Assembly: GCA_033764015.1 (NCBI GenBank)
Contig: JANRJK010000034.1
Location: 1-31,522 of the forward strand
Source: Candidatus Sumerlaeia bacterium
Lineage (GTDB): Bacteria > Sumerlaeota > Sumerlaeia > SLMS01 > JANRJK01
Reading direction: 5' to 3'
Length of the DNA stretch: 31,522 nt
Below are positions 16,704-25,064 of this stretch, in pieces (the first letter of the stretch is position 1; every line of letters begins with the position of its first letter). Position numbers and translations under genes: made by a program. The notes beneath the pieces are model-generated. The model ran no database searches, had not been told where the DNA came from, and saw nothing but the letters and a program-made list of their open reading frames with translations.

Positions 16704-17940
16704 GTAGCGCCTTCACCGCGGCGCGCCCGGCCAGGTAACCGGACGCCCAGGCCCACTGGAAGTTGAATCCCCCCAAGCGTCCGTCCACGTCGATCATCTC
16801 GCCGCAGAGGTGCAGGCCAGGAAGGATGCGCGACTCCATGGTCGACGGATCGATTTCGCGGAGGCTCACGCCGCCGGCGGTCGTCTCGGCGAATGCATAA
16901 CCCCGGTCGCCTTGCACGGTCAACTCGAGCCGCGCGAGCGATTCGGCCACCTGCCGCCGCCGCTCGCGGGGGAGCTGCGCCATCGGTGTGTCGTCGCCCC
17001 AGATTCCGGCGGCGCGCTCCGGTAACACGTAAGCCAAGACGCTTGACAGGCTTCGCTTGGGATGGTCGGCAGCCTGCGCGCGCAGCCACTGGTCGGATGC
17101 CTCAACTGTGGGGAACTCGGGCAGACCCCAGAAGAGCTTGGGCTTACCACCCTTCGCCGCTTGCAGGTAGTGCCGCGAAGCATTCAGCGCGGTTGGCCCG
17201 CTGAGGCCGAAGTGCGTGAACAGCAACGAGTCGCACCACTCGAACAGCTCGCGCCCGCCTTCATCCTCGACGCGGAGCCGGGCCTTGATGGTCACGCCGC
17301 TTAGCTCGGCGAAGGCTCCCGCAGGTCCAGGAACTTGACGCAACACCAGCGGCGAGAGCGCGGCGGTTGTTGGCAGGATCGCGTGGCCCAGTCGGCGGAG
17401 CTCCTGGAGCCCCCAACCGTCACTGCCGGACTTGGGCAGCGAAAGTCCCCCGGTCGCCATGATGAGGCAGCGCGCTTGGTAAGTGGTTCCGGCTGACATG
17501 GTGATCGCCCAGACGCTCCCGGGCTCGATCCGATCGACGCGGCAGCCGGTGCGGATCTCGGCGCCGGTGCGCTCGACAGCACCGAGCAGCGCGTCGAGCA
17601 CCGTCCGCGCGCTATCCGTCACAGGGAAAAGCTTGCCGGTCTCTTCTGTCTTCAGTTCCACGCCGAGGCCGCGCATCCACTCGACCGTGCGGTGCTCGTC
17701 GAAGGCGCGGAGGACGCTGCGGACCATGGGCTGGGGCCCGCCCCAATAGTCCTTCGGGGTGACCGCCCGGTGGGTGACGTTGCATCGCCCGCCGCCGCTG
17801 ACGAGGATCTTGGCGCCGAGCTTGCGCGCGCCGTCCAGCACCGCGATGCGCAGGCGCCCCCCGGCCGCTTCGCCGGCGAAGGCCGCCGCGGTCAACCCCG
17901 CGGCCCCGCCGCCGATGATCGCGATGTCGAGCTCTTCCAA
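16687..17940 (-). CDS. NAD(P)/FAD-dependent oxidoreductase, HI0933/YhiN/BaiN family
   Basis: IIGGGAAGL, GAKILVSGGGRCNVT, GKLFP, ATGGLSLPKSGSDG, LLFTHFGLSGP, AETTAGGV, GEMIDVDGRLGGFNFQWAWASG. TTG start inferred. Confidence 0.93.
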   Translation of the reverse strand: MEELDIAIIGGGAAGLTAAAFAGEAAGGRLRIAVLDGARKLGAKILVSGGGRCNVTHRAVTPKDYWGGPQPMVRSVLRAFDEHRTVEWMRGLGVELKTEETGKLFPVTDSARTVLDALLGAVERTGAEIRTGCRVDRIEPGSVWAITMSAGTTYQARCLIMATGGLSLPKSGSDGWGLQELRRLGHAILPTTAALSPLVLRQVPGPAGAFAELSGVTIKARLRVEDEGGRELFEWCDSLLFTHFGLSGPTALNASRHYLQAAKGGKPKLFWGLPEFPTVEASDQWLRAQAADHPKRSLSSVLAYVLPERAAGIWGDDTPMAQLPRERRRQVAESLARLELTVQGDRGYAFAETTAGGVSLREIDPSTMESRILPGLHLCGEMIDVDGRLGGFNFQWAWASGYLAGRAAVKALLSPQS

Positions 17941-18028
17941 GAAAATCGGCACCCCCGGGGGTTGGCGCGCAAAAATCCGCCGCCGCCCCGCATAGGTCCC
18001 AACAGAGCCCCGCAAGGCAACGCCGACG

Positions 18029-18640
18029 ATGACCCCCGATCCGATCACCGCCCCCGCCGCCGAACCCGCGCCCGAACTGCGCCGCCGCCTCCGCGACGGC
18101 CAGCCGGACGCCTTCGACGCGGTCGCGGTGGCGTTCTTCGGCGACCTGTCGCGCTATGCGCAGTCGATGCTCGGCTGCCCGGAGGCGGCGTTCGACGCGG
18201 TGCAGGAGGCGTTCCTGACTGTGCTTGAGCGCCACCGGCTCTACGATCCGGAGCGTCCGCTGCGGCCATGGCTGTTCGCGGTCTGCCGGAACTGCTGCCT
18301 GCAGCAGGCGCGGCGCCGCTCCGCCCACGAGGCGCGCGTCGTCAGCCTCGAAGCCACCGAGGAGGAAGTGCGCCGCCTCGCCGCGGACGCTCCTTCGCCG
18401 TCGGAGCTGGCGCGGCTGCGCGAGTCGGAGGAAGGCGCGCGGCGGCTTCTCGCCGAGCTTTCTCCCGAGCAGCGCGAGATCGTGGTGCTGCACCTGTTCG
18501 AGGAGTTCACATTCCGCGAGATCGGCGAACTGACCGGGCGCCCGCTGCAAGCGGTCGCCGCCACCTACTACCGTTCGCTCCAGCGCCTCCGCCGCGTCTT
18601 GGCGGAGTCGGGAGCGGGGAGCGTGTCCGATGTCCTCTAG
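18029..18640 (+). CDS. ECF RNA polymerase sigma factor
   Basis: Region 2 DAVQEAFL...YDPERPLRPWLFAVCRN; region 4 LSPEQREIVVLHLFEEFTFREIGELTG. Confidence 0.93.
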   Translation: MTPDPITAPAAEPAPELRRRLRDGQPDAFDAVAVAFFGDLSRYAQSMLGCPEAAFDAVQEAFLTVLERHRLYDPERPLRPWLFAVCRNCCLQQARRRSAHEARVVSLEATEEEVRRLAADAPSPSELARLRESEEGARRLLAELSPEQREIVVLHLFEEFTFREIGELTGRPLQAVAATYYRSLQRLRRVLAESGAGSVSDVL

Positions 18641-19976
18641 CAACGCCCACAGCCTTGGCGAGCTGCGCGCCGCGCTGCGCGGGCGCTCCGCGTCCTTCGT
18701 CGCGGAAGTCGCCCACCAGCGCGGGCTCGCGGAGCTTCGCGATCCCGCAACGGGCACGGCGCGTCCCATCGAACCGGGCGTGCGCGTCGCGCGCGGCATG
18801 GTGGTCGCCGTCAAGACCGGCACGCTGCTGCTGCGCTTCGACGACGGCTCGGACGTGTGGCTCTCGGCCGGCGCGGAACTCGAGCTGGGCGGCTGGTCCG
18901 ACGTGGGGCGCAGGCTTCGATTGGCGGCGGGCCGCGCGCTGGCGCTCGTGGCGAAGAACTCGCGGCGCCTGTTCGAGATCGAGACGGAGTTCGCCCGCGT
19001 GCTGGTCACGGGCACCGCGTTCGAAGTGGATCTCGCCAGCGCCTCCGCCCGCGTGGCGGTGCTGCACGGCAGCGTCGAGGTGGCGTCGGAAGGCGTCACC
19101 GTCGCCGCCGCGAGCGGGCGCGCGGTGCAGGCGGCGCGGGGCCTCGCCCCCGTGGTCCGGCCCGCCTCCGGACGCGTCGCGGCGTGGCTGGACGGCATCG
19201 AGGCTTCGCGCTCCAACCCGGCGGTTTCGCCCGCCTACCGCGCCGCTGCGAAGCGGCTCGCACCTTCGACCCCCAACACCATCCAGGAGATGGCCCCCAT
19301 GCTGAAGTACACCCTCGCGGCGGTCGCCGCACTCGTCCTGATCGGCGGCGCGTTCCTGTTCGCCACCTCGAAGAGCGTCTCGGTCGAGCGCACCGCCTCG
19401 CCCGCGGAATCGGCGGGAGCCGCCCCGTCGGATGTGCTCTCCTCTCCGGCCGCCATGTCCGCCGGCGGAGCCCCGCAATGGAGCTCGGCGGCGCCGACCA
19501 CGGAGAGGCAGGAGCGCCGCGAGGTGCGGCTGCGGCTCGCCGACGGCACCGAGGTCTCCTTCGACCCCACGGACCCGGAGGCCATGGAGAAGGCGACCGC
19601 GTCGCTTCCCGAGGACATGCGCGCCCAGATGCGCCAGATCGCCGAGCGCGCCATGTCGCAGACCGGCGGCGCGCCGGACGGACTTCCGGGCCTTGCGGAT
19701 TCGGACCATGCGGCCCTCATGCGCGAGTCGGAGAACGCCGGCGCCCTGGTGCGCGACCTGATCGCGCAGGGCATGAGCCCCGAGGAGGCCGGGAAGGTCG
19801 TTTCCGCGGGCCTGAGCGACAGCTTGCAGAAGCAGATCGGCGACAAGGCCAAGATCTCCGCGCAGGTCGTCCCCGGCAAGGAAGGCGACCAGCAGCGCAT
19901 GATGCTGTTCGTCGGCGTCGAGGCGGAGGACAAGGGCGCGCCGAGCCCCACCGCGACCCCCGCCGCCAAGCAGTGA
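18630..19976 (+). CDS. FecR-domain protein (putative anti-sigma factor) with a central TM and C-terminal extracytoplasmic domain
   Basis: Overlaps the sigma stop. FecR motifs LRFDDGSDVWL, RLRLAAGRA, FEIETEFARVLVTGTAFEV, VAVLHGSVEV. TM YTLAAVAALVLIGGAFLFA. Confidence 0.82.
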   Translation: MSSSNAHSLGELRAALRGRSASFVAEVAHQRGLAELRDPATGTARPIEPGVRVARGMVVAVKTGTLLLRFDDGSDVWLSAGAELELGGWSDVGRRLRLAAGRALALVAKNSRRLFEIETEFARVLVTGTAFEVDLASASARVAVLHGSVEVASEGVTVAAASGRAVQAARGLAPVVRPASGRVAAWLDGIEASRSNPAVSPAYRAAAKRLAPSTPNTIQEMAPMLKYTLAAVAALVLIGGAFLFATSKSVSVERTASPAESAGAAPSDVLSSPAAMSAGGAPQWSSAAPTTERQERREVRLRLADGTEVSFDPTDPEAMEKATASLPEDMRAQMRQIAERAMSQTGGAPDGLPGLADSDHAALMRESENAGALVRDLIAQGMSPEEAGKVVSAGLSDSLQKQIGDKAKISAQVVPGKEGDQQRMMLFVGVEAEDKGAPSPTATPAAKQ

Positions 19977-20004
19977 CCGCGCCATCCGCGCCCGGAGCAC
20001 ATCC

Positions 20005-20496
20005 ATGAAGGCCTTCACACTCATCGAGCTGCTGGTCGCGGTGGCCGTCATCGCGATCCTCGCGGCGATCGCGGTCCCCAACTTCCTCGCGGCCCAGACG
20101 AGGTCGAAGGCCGCCGCGGCGGTCGCCGACCTGCGCACGATCCGCACGGCGCTCGAAGCCTACGCGGTGGACGAGAACACCTACCCGCTGAACGCCGGCG
20201 GGATCGGCCTGCCCGGCGCATTGCTCAACCTCACGCGCCCCGTGGCCTACTTGACGGCGCTGCCGGTGGACCCCTTCACGGAGGCGGGGACGAACTACTT
20301 CTACCTCGCCGCCGCGCGGGTCTCGCCGCTCTCGGAGGAACGCTACGGCAAGTTCGTCCTGGCGAGCGTCGGACCGGACCGCAAGCTGGACACGACGCTC
20401 TCCTCCGCGCTGCGGTACGACCCGACCAACGGGACGGTGAGCGACGGCGACATCCTCTACACGCACCGGGACGGGACGGAGGCGGCGTCCAGATAG
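20005..20496 (+). CDS. Prepilin-type N-terminal cleavage/methylation protein (type IV pilin / GspG-like)
   Basis: GGAG RBS; MKA|FTLIELLVAVAVIAILAAIAVPNF; head motifs LPVDPF, SVGPD, YDPTNGTVSDGDI. Confidence 0.93.
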   Translation: MKAFTLIELLVAVAVIAILAAIAVPNFLAAQTRSKAAAAVADLRTIRTALEAYAVDENTYPLNAGGIGLPGALLNLTRPVAYLTALPVDPFTEAGTNYFYLAAARVSPLSEERYGKFVLASVGPDRKLDTTLSSALRYDPTNGTVSDGDILYTHRDGTEAASR

Positions 20497-20601
20497 CCGC
20501 GTCGGCGCGGTGGCTTTCCCTTGCCGGAAGGGCCGGACGCGTTCCACCCTGAAAGAGCGCGTCCGGCGCCTATCCCCCCAAGTGAGCACAATAACCGAGA
20601 C

Positions 20602-21975
20602 ATGGCGATTCGCAACCAAGCAGCGTCCGTGGCCGCGTGCCTGACGATCCTCGCGGCGCTAACGGCCAGCGCCGCGGCCGATGCCCGCAAAGACCGGATC
20701 AACCAGCTCATCGAGAGCATGCGTTCGAGCTTCCCCGCCCAGGAAGGAGGCCTCGGCTACTGCGTCGAGTGGGGTGACAAGGCCTTCCTGCTCGCTCCGG
20801 AGACAACCTTCGAGCAGTACCAGCTCTTCGTCGAAGCGCTGCCGCCGCTCGAGAACAACCGCTACCAGTGGAGCGGGTCCCGTTGGACCACCACCTCCAC
20901 AGACGGTTCCGTCGCGTTGCGGCAGCCGATGACGCTCACTTGGAGCTATGTCCCCGACGGCACGACCATCCCCAATGGCGGATCCGGCGACCTGTTCTCC
21001 GGACCGAGCGAGCTTTACGCCGTCCTCGATGCCGAGTACGCGACGCGCGGCGGGCGGGCTCAGTGGCATCTCAACTTCACCAACGCCTTCAACCAGTGGG
21101 GGAACCTCACGGGCATCACGTATGCCTACGCCGGAGATCCGGACACAGGCGACGACGGCGCCTCTTGGCCGGGCACCCCGGGTGTCGTAGGTGTTCGCGG
21201 CGATATCCGCATCGCGATGCGCAACATCGACAACGGCAGCAACGTCCTGGCCTACAACTTCTTCCCCACGACCGGAGACATGCTGCTGGACTCAAGCGAG
21301 CGCTCGCTCTGGCGCAGCACCACCAGTTCTTTCCGCTCGATCCGCAACATCGTCACGCATGAGCACGGCCATGGACTCGGCTACAACCACGTCGATCCGA
21401 TCAACAACTCGAAGCTGATGGAGGCCTTCTTCAGCACCGCCTTCGACGGTCCGCAGCAGGACGACATCCGCGCAGGGCAGTTCGTCTACGGCGACAACTT
21501 CGAGTCGAACGCCACCACTGCGACGGCCAGCGACATCGGAGTCATCGCGGTGGCACCCGCTGTGACGACTGTCACCAACCTGGCGATCGAGACGAACGGC
21601 TTGGTGGACAATTACCGGCTTCCGCTCCCGGCGTTCTCCTCGCTCAATGTAACGGTGACGCCGGTTGGCACAACCTACTCCCAAGGTCAGCAAGGCGGCT
21701 CCACGAGCACCGTTAACGCGCTCACGATCCACAACCTCCGTTTCCGCATCATCGCGCCGGACGGGACGACAGTCATCACAACCGTCGACAATTCCGCGGC
21801 TGGAGTCGCGGAGTCGGTCTCGGGCCTCGACCTCTCCGCGTTCGGCGCCGGCACCTACTTCCTCCAGGTCGACGAGAACTCAAGCTCGAACGATATCCAA
21901 CGCTACCAGTTCACGGTGAGCTACACCGCGGCACCCCCCACGAGCGCCTCGGACGCTTGGCTCGACCTCGAGTAA
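20602..21975 (+). CDS. Secreted matrixin (M10-like metzincin) metalloprotease with C-terminal PPC-like beta domain
   Basis: Signal peptide; GDIRI, VLAYNFFP, HEHGHGLGYNH (HExxHxxGxxH), Met-turn KLME, DDIRAGQFVYG; C-terminal GTYFLQV...YQFTV. Confidence 0.9.
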   Translation: MAIRNQAASVAACLTILAALTASAAADARKDRINQLIESMRSSFPAQEGGLGYCVEWGDKAFLLAPETTFEQYQLFVEALPPLENNRYQWSGSRWTTTSTDGSVALRQPMTLTWSYVPDGTTIPNGGSGDLFSGPSELYAVLDAEYATRGGRAQWHLNFTNAFNQWGNLTGITYAYAGDPDTGDDGASWPGTPGVVGVRGDIRIAMRNIDNGSNVLAYNFFPTTGDMLLDSSERSLWRSTTSSFRSIRNIVTHEHGHGLGYNHVDPINNSKLMEAFFSTAFDGPQQDDIRAGQFVYGDNFESNATTATASDIGVIAVAPAVTTVTNLAIETNGLVDNYRLPLPAFSSLNVTVTPVGTTYSQGQQGGSTSTVNALTIHNLRFRIIAPDGTTVITTVDNSAAGVAESVSGLDLSAFGAGTYFLQVDENSSSNDIQRYQFTVSYTAAPPTSASDAWLDLE

Positions 21976-22001
21976 CCCTGAATCTTCCAAGCATCGCCAG
22001 C

Positions 22002-22048
22002 AACGAAGCAGGGCCGCCTTCCCATCCGGGAGGCGGCCCCGCTTCGTT
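22002..22048. terminator. Long inverted repeat after the protease gene (likely terminator, possibly bidirectional)
   Basis: AACGAAGC-a-GGGCCGCCT...AGGCGGCCC-c-GCTTCGTT. Confidence 0.6.
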
Positions 22049-22087
22049 CCGAGCATCGGGGTTTTGGCTTCCCGTGGAGGGTGGGGC

Positions 22088-22125
22088 GAAAAACGAAAGC
22101 GGGCGCTCCGGGGGGAGCGCCCGCT
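22088..22125 (-). terminator. Intrinsic terminator for the minus-strand rpsT transcript or downstream RNA
   Basis: 12-bp perfect stem AGCGGGCGCTCC/GGAGCGCCCGCT with a 4-nt loop, followed on the minus strand by TTCGTTTTT. Confidence 0.8.
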
Positions 22126-22286
22126 GTTCATTCTTGGGAGGGGGAGGGCCCCTTGCGGGGCCCTCCGACAGTGAGGCGGGGAGCCTGAAAGACTCTCAGG
22201 TGCACCGGCCGGGTGGACCACCGGCTCACGTTCTCGAAGCGGGAGACACCCATTGGGAGCTCCCAAATCGCACCTCCGACTTCGGG
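22126..22286 (-). ncRNA. Candidate structured RNA / long structured 3' UTR (unassigned)
   Basis: Multiple nested stems, including a 10-bp hairpin with a GCAA (GNRA) loop on the minus strand, located between the rpsT stop and an intrinsic terminator. Confidence 0.4.
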
Positions 22287-22595
22287 TCAGTTCGCGGAGA
22301 GCAGCCGGAGCTGCGCCTTGCGGACCGCCTTGGCGATACGGCTCTGGAGCCGCGCCGCCGTATTCTTCTTGATGAGCCCCACCTTGGCGGCCTTGCCAAG
22401 CTTCGCTTGGGCGGCCTGCACGGCGGGTGCGATGCTCTTGATCGCCTCGACCGTCGACGCGTCGGGGCGGGAGTTGTCGGTGACGCGGCGCACGCGCTTG
22501 ATGGCGGTGCGCATCGCCGAGCGCTGCGCGCGGTTGTGGACGCGGCGCTTGGCGGCTTGGCGGGTGGCCTTGCGGGAAGAGGGCTTATTGGGCAA
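22287..22595 (-). CDS. rpsT: 30S ribosomal protein S20
   Basis: MPNKPSSRKATRQAAKRRVHNRAQRSAMRTAIKRV...KAAKVGLIKKNTAARLQSRIAK. AAGGA RBS, TTG start. Confidence 0.96.
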   Translation of the reverse strand: MPNKPSSRKATRQAAKRRVHNRAQRSAMRTAIKRVRRVTDNSRPDASTVEAIKSIAPAVQAAQAKLGKAAKVGLIKKNTAARLQSRIAKAVRKAQLRLLSAN

Positions 22596-22651
22596 CGCGA
22601 TGGATTCCTTGAGGTCGGACTACGACGCGCGCATTCCGCGCTAGAAAAAGG

Positions 22652-22680
22652 AAAGTCTCCCGGGACGCCCCGCGAGTCAA
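22652..22680 (-). promoter_or_regulatory. Candidate rpsT promoter
   Basis: Minus strand TTGACT-N17-GACTTT upstream of rpsT. Confidence 0.45.
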
Positions 22681-22717
22681 CCCCGATCTGGCATCCCGCG
22701 CGCCGATTTCGCCGCCG

Positions 22718-23941
22718 TTAACGCGCGCCCGAGGAACGCGACGGAGGCACCACCGGCGCGCCGCCCCGGCGCAGCGTGTCAAGCGCCGCCTGCGCGATGC
22801 CCGTCACCGGGCTGTCGACCGAAATCTGCGCTGCGATGGAAAGGTGGCGCTCCGCCGTCGGCCGATCGTTCCCGAGCAGCGCCGCCATCGCGAGGTGGTA
22901 GTGCGCGTCGATATCGTTCGCATCCACGGCCAGGTGCGCCGCGAGCGCGTCCGCCGCCGCGCGGTGGTTCCCGAGGTGGTACAGCGCCATGCCGCGGAGG
23001 TAGCCGAGCCGCCCCTCCCCGGCGCCCCAGCGCGCGGGGTCGCCGCCGCGGTTGGCGAGGCCCCGCGAGGCGGCCGCCAGCGCCTCGAGGTCGCGCCCCT
23101 CGGCGAAGAAGCGCTCCGCCGCGCGCGCGTCCTCCGTGGCCTGGCGCAGCGCGCCTTGCGTTTCGCCCGGCGGGGGTGGCGGCACCGGCGGCGCGGCGCG
23201 ATGCACCTCGTCCCAAGCGGCGTGGAGCGGCGCGAACGCCTCCGCCATGGCGCCGTCGCCGACCCACAGCGGCACGTCGCCCTGGCTGAGCGCGCCATTC
23301 GTCGGGTCGTAGCTGGCGAGCCGCGGGTCGAGACCGGTCGCCGCCCAGGGCGCCCAGTCGCTCGCGGGCGCGGGATCGAGCATCGGCCCCGGCAGCGGGA
23401 GCTGCACCACGCCGTCCTGCCCCGCGCTGACCAGCAGCGCGCCGGCGTTGCCCGCGCGCGCCCAGCGCAGCGGCGAGCCCGCGGCGAACGGATCGTCCGG
23501 CACCGCGAACCCGGGGATCGGCGGGCCGTTGCGCACCGAGCCGTCGCGGTCCACGAAGGGAAGCGTCGCCTCGCCCGCGGCCAGCTCGGGCACGTAGCCG
23601 TTGGCGGCGCGGTACTCGGCGAGGCGCGCGGCGGCGTCGGCGCGGGTTGCTTCGAGGCGCTCGTACAGCGGGGCGGTTTCGCGGGCGCGGGCGGCTTCGA
23701 GCTGGCTCATGCGCAGGTCGCGCAGCGCGTCGGCGATGAACGGCGAAGCGCCCGCGAGGATCGCGAGGGCGCTGTAGACGCGTCCGGCGCCGGGTTTCTC
23801 CGGCCCCGGGAACAGGAGCCCGAGGAGGCCGAGCACAAGGCAGAGCACGAAGAGCGGCACCGCCGCGGCGTCGGCGCCAAAAAGCGTGGCGCCGAGCGCG
23901 AGCATGCCCGCGAAGCCGGCGATGGAGGGCACGAGGTTCAT
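22718..23941 (-). CDS. Membrane-anchored protein with a pilin-head-like (YDPTNG) domain and C-terminal TPR repeats
   Basis: About 3 N-terminal TM helices; VPDDPF, LLVSAGQDG, SYDPTNGALSQGDV; TPR-like YLRGMALYHLGNHRAAA...AHYHLAMAALLGND. Start may be 23941 or 23992. Confidence 0.75.
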   Translation of the reverse strand: MNLVPSIAGFAGMLALGATLFGADAAAVPLFVLCLVLGLLGLLFPGPEKPGAGRVYSALAILAGASPFIADALRDLRMSQLEAARARETAPLYERLEATRADAAARLAEYRAANGYVPELAAGEATLPFVDRDGSVRNGPPIPGFAVPDDPFAAGSPLRWARAGNAGALLVSAGQDGVVQLPLPGPMLDPAPASDWAPWAATGLDPRLASYDPTNGALSQGDVPLWVGDGAMAEAFAPLHAAWDEVHRAAPPVPPPPPGETQGALRQATEDARAAERFFAEGRDLEALAAASRGLANRGGDPARWGAGEGRLGYLRGMALYHLGNHRAAADALAAHLAVDANDIDAHYHLAMAALLGNDRPTAERHLSIAAQISVDSPVTGIAQAALDTLRRGGAPVVPPSRSSGAR

Positions 23942-24032
23942 CGGAGGCGCGTGTCGGCAGGGGGCATGCAGCGAGGAGACGCGCGCAGGCATGGCGCGTC
24001 AAGCGGGGCGTCCCGATCCGCCCACCCGCCCC

Positions 24033-25064
24033 CTACGGGGTTTCGAGCGTCCAGTCATAGACGATGCCGCCCATCGGCGACGGCCCGCCGATCTGCCGGA
24101 TCATCCTCATGTACTTGGGAAAGGGGCGCCCGTCGATGCGCACGTAGGAGTCCACTTCCACCTGGACGTGGAGCTGACCGTCGTTGGTCTGGTAGGTGAT
24201 CGAGGAGAGCAGGCCGTCGGGGGTGTTGGTGCGCTCGGAGACGGTGACGGCGTCCTCTTCAGCGCGTTCCAAGATACTTTGAACAAGCAAATGCGGAACG
24301 TAGATAGCAACATGCCGAACATCTGTATAAGTGTTTGAGATTCTGTTTGGGACATACTCTCCCCAGATTCGCCCGTCAGGGTAACGACGAATCCAAAGAT
24401 CCGGAAGAAACTCGACGTCCGATGCAGTCTGCCAGTAAGACTGATCTGGTAATCGCGTGAAACGCCCTGGACCTAGCGTAAGCGTCGCTCTGGTGTCGCT
24501 CGAACCATCATCAAAGAACGCGATGTCGATAGCGTATTCTTCACAAGCGCACACTAGAGAGGATAGCGGGTGAACACACTCCGGAGAGTACTCTATCCTG
24601 TCAAGTCTCACAGATCCTATAGACTCTCTCCCGATCATCTCTTCTCCGGGAGGCGACTCGTAGTACACCTTAAGGCCGTAAGCGATCTTACTTAAGGGGG
24701 TGGCGATGGCCGAATACCCTTTGCTCCCCCGGATGAGTTTGGGACGTTCCGAAGGAAAGGCAAGAGGGTCTCTCGTCGAGTGGAGCAGTTCCTGGCGCTT
24801 GAACTGCTTGCCTGTATCCTTTATCGACTTCAGGCGTCGTTCTCCCTCTGCTTGCCACTGACGAAGAGATTCTGGCGACTGATCGACGGGACTTCGACCA
24901 TCTTGTGTCCCACCTCCTAGTTTCTCGTCACCGCTGCCGTCTTGGCAGGAACAAACGAAAGAGAGTAGGAACGCGATGGCCACCCCACTCAACCGACCGC
25001 CGCTGGAAAGCTGCCCGCCTCCACCCGCCAACAGCTTCCTCGGCTTGATCGGGCACCCTCTCAA
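24033..25064 (-). CDS. Hypothetical lipoprotein (low GC)
   Basis: Lipobox-like VAIAFLLSFVCSC followed by a polar linker. Start is either TTG 25064 (TTGA overlap with the upstream stop) or GTG 24983. Confidence 0.65.
   Translation of the reverse strand: MRGCPIKPRKLLAGGGGQLSSGGRLSGVAIAFLLSFVCSCQDGSGDEKLGGGTQDGRSPVDQSPESLRQWQAEGERRLKSIKDTGKQFKRQELLHSTRDPLAFPSERPKLIRGSKGYSAIATPLSKIAYGLKVYYESPPGEEMIGRESIGSVRLDRIEYSPECVHPLSSLVCACEEYAIDIAFFDDGSSDTRATLTLGPGRFTRLPDQSYWQTASDVEFLPDLWIRRYPDGRIWGEYVPNRISNTYTDVRHVAIYVPHLLVQSILERAEEDAVTVSERTNTPDGLLSSITYQTNDGQLHVQVEVDSYVRIDGRPFPKYMRMIRQIGGPSPMGGIVYDWTLETP

Noticed and set aside
17941..18028. Autoregulatory ECF promoter
   Set aside because: No clear AAC/CGT-type bipartite motif at a suitable spacing that I can defend.
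22176..22250. Glycine riboswitch (ACTCTCAGG and GCGGGAGA words on + strand)
   Set aside because: Elements are in the wrong order, the CGCCGAAG core is absent, and there is no downstream + strand gene.
22126..22286. tRNA, SRP RNA or hammerhead ribozyme
   Set aside because: No T-loop/cloverleaf, no SRP CAGG...GGAA...AGCAG domain IV, and no CUGAnGA...GAAA core.
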